From an uncultured Sphingomonadaceae bacterium (lineage in GTDB: Bacteria; Pseudomonadota; Alphaproteobacteria; Sphingomonadales; Sphingomonadaceae): DNA of 64,000 nt. Below the pieces are notes generated by a model. The model searched no databases. It was not told the origin of the DNA and worked only from the letters and a program-made list of their open reading frames with translations. The stretch spans positions 8,280-72,279 of the forward strand of contig CAXUJK010000006.1 of the NCBI GenBank assembly GCA_964251385.1, written 5' to 3'. Below, one piece after another: positions 59,473 to 64,000 of the stretch. Positions within the stretch are counted from its first letter, which is position 1. Each line of letters begins with the position of its first letter. Made by a program: the position numbers and the translations under genes.

Positions 59473-60690
59473 CTAATCTCGGCTGCTCATGCTGGAATGC
59501 GCACGATGCTGCAGCCACAGGAAGGACGCGGTCGCATGCAACGCGATCGCGCCCAGTCCCCACGTCCACGCGCCCGTGGCGGCGAACGGCACCGCAAGCA
59601 GGATCGCGCCCTTTCGAGACGCGAGCCACGGCGACGCCGGGGGTCCAGGCGGGCGCTCCCTCGCGGCGGCGAAGAAGGCGGTCAGCCCGGTCGCCGCGGT
59701 GACGATCGCGCCCCAGCCGCTGACATGGTCGGCCAGCCAGAGCGCACAAAAAGCGTAGGCCGCGCCCGCGACGAGCGGCAGGCCGCGCCGCAACCTGTCC
59801 CCCCGGCCGAGCGGCTGCATGCGCAGCGCGGCGAGCCGCTCGCCAATCCCGTCCAGCGGAACGGACATGACCAACGCGATTACCGCCGCCCCGAGCCACC
59901 CCTGCGCGAAGAAGAACGCCGCGAGCGCGGTCAGCCCGAGCGCGCCCGCGACCAGCCACTGCGGACGCACGGCCGTTCCCATCAATCGCTCGACCGCGAA
60001 CTCTTCCAGGATCGGCGTCACATAGCGTTCGACCCAGTCGCCGCGCGTCCCCCGCGCGCCCGCGACGATGCGGCGTTCGGCATCGTCCAGGTCGCGATTG
60101 CCCGTCGCCATGAGCAGCATTGGCGGTGCGCCCTCCTGCGTCGGCGCGCCCGTCGACATCTGGCGCGCGCCGTCCTGCACCATGCGGCGCAGCAGCGTCG
60201 ATTGCAGGTCCCAGTCGCCCAGCATCGCCGCGGTGGACGCGATCTGCGCGCCGCTCGCGGTGGCGAGGCCTGCCCAGCGGCTCGACGCGTCGATGCGTTC
60301 GAACGCGTCCATGCCGATATTGTCCGCCATGGTCATGATCGACGGGCTGGTCGCCGCCGCCATGCGCTCGACGCTCGCCGCGTCCGCGAACAGTCCGCCC
60401 GCGATGAACAGCACAGCGTCTCCGGCTTCGAAATAGCCCGCCGCCTCGTCGATGCCGCGCGCGAGCTGGACGGCGATACCTTCCGTGGTCAGCCGGTCCA
60501 CCGCCGCGAGCAGCGCGGGCGGCATGCGTTCGACGAGGATGACGATCGGCTGCGCGCCGGCCGCCCGCGCGAGCCGCGCCTGATATTCGACGAGCGTCCG
60601 CCCCGCGAGGGGCAGCGTCGCGCGCAGACCGGCACCGGTGCCCTCACCCGACGCATCCTGATAAGCCGAAATCAGCGCACCGAGCGCCAT
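59473..60690 (-). CDS. Fusion protein: N-terminal NTP-transferase (MobA/GT-A)-like domain plus C-terminal polytopic membrane domain
   Basis: 405 aa. The N-terminus reads LPLAGRTLVEYQARLARAAGAQPIVILV...AVLFIAGGLF. The C-terminal half has at least 5 hydrophobic helices, with a partial CDP-alcohol-phosphatidyltransferase-like PLDGIGERLA segment. Confidence 0.7.
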   Translation of the reverse strand: MALGALISAYQDASGEGTGAGLRATLPLAGRTLVEYQARLARAAGAQPIVILVERMPPALLAAVDRLTTEGIAVQLARGIDEAAGYFEAGDAVLFIAGGLFADAASVERMAAATSPSIMTMADNIGMDAFERIDASSRWAGLATASGAQIASTAAMLGDWDLQSTLLRRMVQDGARQMSTGAPTQEGAPPMLLMATGNRDLDDAERRIVAGARGTRGDWVERYVTPILEEFAVERLMGTAVRPQWLVAGALGLTALAAFFFAQGWLGAAVIALVMSVPLDGIGERLAALRMQPLGRGDRLRRGLPLVAGAAYAFCALWLADHVSGWGAIVTAATGLTAFFAAARERPPGPPASPWLASRKGAILLAVPFAATGAWTWGLGAIALHATASFLWLQHRAHSSMSSRD

Positions 60691-60769
60691 GCCGTTTCCC
60701 GTATACCGCGTGCCCCGCCGAAGTGGCGCGGGATAGGCGAGCGGGCCGCGCGTGGCCAGCCCTGCGGGG

Positions 60770-61090
60770 CTAGCCGCGAAGCTCGGCGATGCCTGCCGAA
60801 ATCTTGCGCAGGACGACGGGATCGCCGGGCGCGCCCGCCTCCGCCTCCAGCGCCATGTCGATCAGCCCTTCCATGCCGAAGCTGGCGGCAAGGCCTTTGA
60901 GCCGTCCGGCGGCGAGCAGCCAATTTGCGTCGCAGCGCGACCGCCGCAGCAGGTCGACGTGCCGTTCCGCGCTTTCCAGGAACGCGGACCGTAGTTCGGC
61001 GATGAGCGCGTTGTCCTCGCCCGCGGCGACGGCGAGTGCGGAAGAAAGCGTACCGGGATCGAAGGCCATGCGATGAACGATAGCGGCCAC
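60770..61090 (-). CDS. Hpt-domain-like protein lacking the phospho-acceptor His (AAGRLKGLAASFG)
   Basis: 106 aa. The layout matches single-domain Hpt proteins (F..sa...l..L......W..aa[H]xLKGxAxxxG). Gly (codon 60907-60905) sits where the His is expected. Confidence 0.6.
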   Translation of the reverse strand: MAAIVHRMAFDPGTLSSALAVAAGEDNALIAELRSAFLESAERHVDLLRRSRCDANWLLAAGRLKGLAASFGMEGLIDMALEAEAGAPGDPVVLRKISAGIAELRG

Positions 61091-61150
61091 AGGTTAAGAC
61101 CGGCTTGCCGCGGGCTTCCGGTCGCCGGCAAAGATGGTAAACGAACATCC

Positions 61151-64000
61151 ATGAACCTGCAGGCACACGCCCAATCCGACGTCCAACTCGACCCGGCGAC
61201 CGCTTCCACCGACGGTTCCGATGCGGGCGTCGCCTGGCTCGGTGAACATTTCGAGACAGGCGAGGTCGCGGACAGCGAACCGGTCGAAGCCCATGCGCCC
61301 GACGTACTGCCCGATCGGTCCGGCGAACCGGCGAACGTCGAGGAAAGTTGGAGCGAACAGCCCGCCGAATCTCCTCACCGCCGCATCGTAGGCGGCTTCC
61401 TCGTCGCGCTCGGGGTCGCGTGGATCGGCACGGTCGCCTGGGCCGCGGGGCAGGCTGTCGGCGGCTCCGCAAACGGCGCGCCCGACCTGGTGCGCTGGGC
61501 GGCCGTGGCGAGCGGGCCGCTCGCGCTGCTGGGGCTAGGCTGGCTTTTGTTCGGCCGCAGTTCGCGCGGGGAAGCGGTGCGGTTCACGCGTGCCGTCACC
61601 GCCATGCGCGCGGAAAGCGAAGCCTTGCAGGCGGTCCTGGCGAACGTGGGCGCGAACATCGCGGCCAATCGCGCCGCGCTTGCCGAGGAGACGCAACGTC
61701 TGGCGCACCTGGGCGAGGAGGCAGCGGAACGGCTGGGTGCGGTGACACGGGACGTCGACGCGGGCGCGCAGGCGATGGCGCGCTACGCCGAAACGCTCGA
61801 CCGGTCGGCCGGATCTGCGCGGACCGACATGGGCGTGCTGCTCGCGGACCTGCCCAAGGCGGACGCGCAGGCCCGCGCCATGTCCGAGCTGCTCCGCGCG
61901 ACCGGGCTCGACGCGCATCAGCAGGCGGGGGCTCTCGAGGCGCAGATGACGCTGCTCGCGGTCCGTGCGCGCGAAGCGGACGAGGCGTCGACCCACGCCG
62001 CCGGGCGCATGGCCGCGCATCTGGCGCAGGTCGACAGCGCCGCGACCGCCGCCACCGGCCGCATGGAATCCGCTACCGCTGCGATGAGCGCGGGGATCGA
62101 CGGCGTGCTGACGCAGGCAGCGGACGCGCTCGGCGCGGTACGCACCGGCATCGATGAACAGGGTGCCGCGACCATGGCGACGATCGGCCAATCGGGCGCG
62201 GCGATGGAGCGGATCGCGAGCGACGCGGACGCGGCCTTGGCGACCCGAATGGACGCGGTTCGCGCATCGGTCGCCGAGGGCGGCGAGGCGATGCGCGCGC
62301 TGGTGGCCGAGACGGCCGGTCAGATCGAAGCGGCAAGCGCCGCCGCCGCACGTGAACTGGACGCCCGGCTCGATGCCGCGCGTGCCGGGATCGCCGAACA
62401 GTCGGACGCGGTGGACGCGCTTGTGGCGCGAACCGGCGAGGGCACGGCGCAAGCCGCGGCGGCCACGGAAGCGGCTTTGCGCGCGGCCACCGAACAGTCC
62501 CGTGCCGCGCTCGAACAGCAGGCGGAGCTTGCCTTGTCGCTCACCCGCGACGCGCTCGACGCGCTCGAACGCACCAGTCTCGATGCGGGCGGCAATTTGA
62601 CGAAGCGCGCGGACGTCGCGCGTCAGATGCTGCTTGAAATGGGCGCGGAGATGGTCGCGTCCGTTCACAGATCGAACGTGGAGCTCGAAGCGGCGGCGGG
62701 CGAGGCCGCGACCACGCTGGCGCGGCACGTCGGCGAGATCAGCGGGCGCGTCGGCGCGATCGGCGCGCAGATCGCCGCGCAGGACGCGGCCAGCCAGGCG
62801 ATGATCGGCGGCGTCGATCGATCATTGGCCGACATGGAAACGCGTTTCGGCACGCTGTCCGAACGGGGCGGCGCGCGCTTGACGGCGCTCGCGACGGCCG
62901 CCGAAACACTGGTCGGAACCGTCGATGCGCTGGTCGGCACGATCGACGGCGGCGACGCCCGTATCGGCGGCATGACCGAGCGGACGCAGGCGCTGAGGGT
63001 CGTGCTCGACGCGGTGGGCGAGCATCTATCCGGACCGCTGGCGACCATCCTTGCCGACGTAGAAGCGAGCACGATGCGAAGCCGCGACATCGCCGCCGCG
63101 CTTGCGCCTGAAGTCGCCGCGTTCGCCGATAGCGCCGGCTTGGCCCAGGCGCGGCTTGCGGAAGCCGAAACGCTGGTCGGGCGTCAGCAAAGCGGCCTCG
63201 ATGAGATGCTGGGCGCGATCGGAAGCGGGCTCGATACGATCCAGACGCGCGTCGATGCGCTCGGCTCGGTCGTCGCCGACACGGACGAGCGCGCGGCCAA
63301 GCTGCTGCGTGACACCGGCCCGCAGCTCATCGAGGCGCTGCTGCGCGTGCGCGAAACCGCCAACCAGGCGGCGGAACGCGCGCGCGAGGCGATCTCAGCC
63401 GCGATCCCCGATGCCGCGGCCCGGCTCGCCGATGCCACGGGCGCGGCGATGACCGCGGCGATTACCGAACAAGTGACGTTGCAGATGGGCGAGCTCGGCA
63501 TCTTGTCGGAACAGGCGGTCGAGGCGGCGCGGGCTGCGTCCGAGCGGCTGACGCGGCAGATGCTGACGATCGGCGAGACCGTCGCCACCGCCGAGGCGCG
63601 TATCGCGGAAGCGCAAGAGACCCTGCGCGAAGGCGACAGCGAGCAGTTTTCGCGCCGCGTCGCGCTGCTCATCGAATCACTCAACTCGACCGCGATCGAC
63701 GTCACCAAGATCCTGTCCAACGAAGTCACCGACGGTGCTTGGGCCGCATATCTGAAGGGCGATCGCGGCGTCTTCACCCGCCGCGCGGTGCGCCTGCTCG
63801 AAGCTGGCGAGGCGCGCGAGATCGCACGCCACTACGAGGAGGAGCCCGAGTTCCGGGAGCAGGTCAATCGGTACATCCACGACTTCGAAGCGCTGCTGCG
63901 TCGCATCCTGTCCGAACGCGACGGATCGCCGCTCGGCTTGACGATGCTGTCGTCGGATATGGGCAAATTATACGTGGCGCTGGCGCAGGCGATCGAGCGG
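61151..64000 (+). CDS. Very large Ala-rich coiled-coil membrane-anchored protein, 5' 950 codons (continues beyond the window)
   Basis: The frame is open from ATG 61151 to the last base, and is absent from the track because it is unterminated. It has an acidic N-terminus, two TM helices (IVGGFLVALGVAWIGTVAWAAG; ASGPLALLGLGWLLFG), and about 700 aa of apolipoprotein/LEA-like helical repeats. A conserved-looking module follows: FSRRVALLIESLNSTAIDVTKIL...FREQVNRYIHDFEALLRRIL. Confidence 0.75.
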   Translation, partial: MNLQAHAQSDVQLDPATASTDGSDAGVAWLGEHFETGEVADSEPVEAHAPDVLPDRSGEPANVEESWSEQPAESPHRRIVGGFLVALGVAWIGTVAWAAGQAVGGSANGAPDLVRWAAVASGPLALLGLGWLLFGRSSRGEAVRFTRAVTAMRAESEALQAVLANVGANIAANRAALAEETQRLAHLGEEAAERLGAVTRDVDAGAQAMARYAETLDRSAGSARTDMGVLLADLPKADAQARAMSELLRATGLDAHQQAGALEAQMTLLAVRAREADEASTHAAGRMAAHLAQVDSAATAATGRMESATAAMSAGIDGVLTQAADALGAVRTGIDEQGAATMATIGQSGAAMERIASDADAALATRMDAVRASVAEGGEAMRALVAETAGQIEAASAAAARELDARLDAARAGIAEQSDAVDALVARTGEGTAQAAAATEAALRAATEQSRAALEQQAELALSLTRDALDALERTSLDAGGNLTKRADVARQMLLEMGAEMVASVHRSNVELEAAAGEAATTLARHVGEISGRVGAIGAQIAAQDAASQAMIGGVDRSLADMETRFGTLSERGGARLTALATAAETLVGTVDALVGTIDGGDARIGGMTERTQALRVVLDAVGEHLSGPLATILADVEASTMRSRDIAAALAPEVAAFADSAGLAQARLAEAETLVGRQQSGLDEMLGAIGSGLDTIQTRVDALGSVVADTDERAAKLLRDTGPQLIEALLRVRETANQAAERAREAISAAIPDAAARLADATGAAMTAAITEQVTLQMGELGILSEQAVEAARAASERLTRQMLTIGETVATAEARIAEAQETLREGDSEQFSRRVALLIESLNSTAIDVTKILSNEVTDGAWAAYLKGDRGVFTRRAVRLLEAGEAREIARHYEEEPEFREQVNRYIHDFEALLRRILSERDGSPLGLTMLSSDMGKLYVALAQAIER

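Noticed and set aside
61143-61156. GAACatccatGAAC, which looks like an SOS box at the start of the coiled-coil gene.
   Set aside because: The spacer is 6 nt rather than 7, and the second GAAC overlaps the ATG codon region. It is not a consensus LexA site.
61094-61378. A minus-strand 94-aa ORF (MRRFGGLFAPTF...) between the Hpt-like gene and the coiled-coil gene.
   Set aside because: It lies antisense to the first 76 codons of the much longer + frame starting at 61151. That + frame continues uninterrupted for 950 codons with a coherent architecture (acidic N-terminus, then TM helices). The 94-aa product has no recognisable motif.

Overview
This is a high-GC (about 65-70% by eye) alphaproteobacterial chromosomal segment. 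Gene content points to Sphingomonadaceae: ChpT, RpoH, GTTC-N7-GTTC SOS boxes, and an ornithine decarboxylase next to a deoxyhypusine-synthase-like gene. I call about 55 protein genes. They are tightly packed, with many ATGA/GTGA/TTGA stop-start overlaps, and most are housekeeping: cheA (partial), chpT, rluD, rpoH, mtgA, ybaB, dnaX, ispE, ETF-QO, dnaE, lolCD, proS, mntH, pyrG, secG, tpiA, trpG, lexA, gltX, gltA. There is one SRP (4.5S) RNA. I saw no tRNA, rRNA, CRISPR array, transposase or prophage gene. Most very long ORFs in the six-frame track are antisense or N-terminally over-extended artefacts of the high GC, so I trimmed starts by hand. Two real genes run off the window edges and are missing from the track: cheA at the left and a 950-codon coiled-coil gene at the right. 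The most interesting items are: (1) a minus-strand cluster at 57.0-61.1 kb, next to the giant coiled-coil membrane protein, encoding a histidine kinase with Asp in place of the H-box His, a DUF2336-like protein, an NTP-transferase/polytopic-membrane fusion and an Hpt-like protein with Gly in place of the His; (2) an apparent operon of two Tat-exported ferritin-like paralogues, MntH and a lipoprotein, divergent from a Crp/Fnr regulator; (3) a ~370-bp AT-rich islet with an orphan ORF at the end of the SRP RNA-dnaX-ybaB array, where recR would be expected; (4) a palindromic repeat family (the kind that translates as VIPAQAGI) with one copy in frame inside a UDG-family gene and another supplying the stop codon of an acyl-CoA ligase; (5) a perfect alpha-type SOS box in front of a PA0069-family radical SAM gene; (6) a B3 metallo-beta-lactamase gene broken by a single in-frame TAA. 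All functional calls come from motif recognition by eye, and no database search was run.
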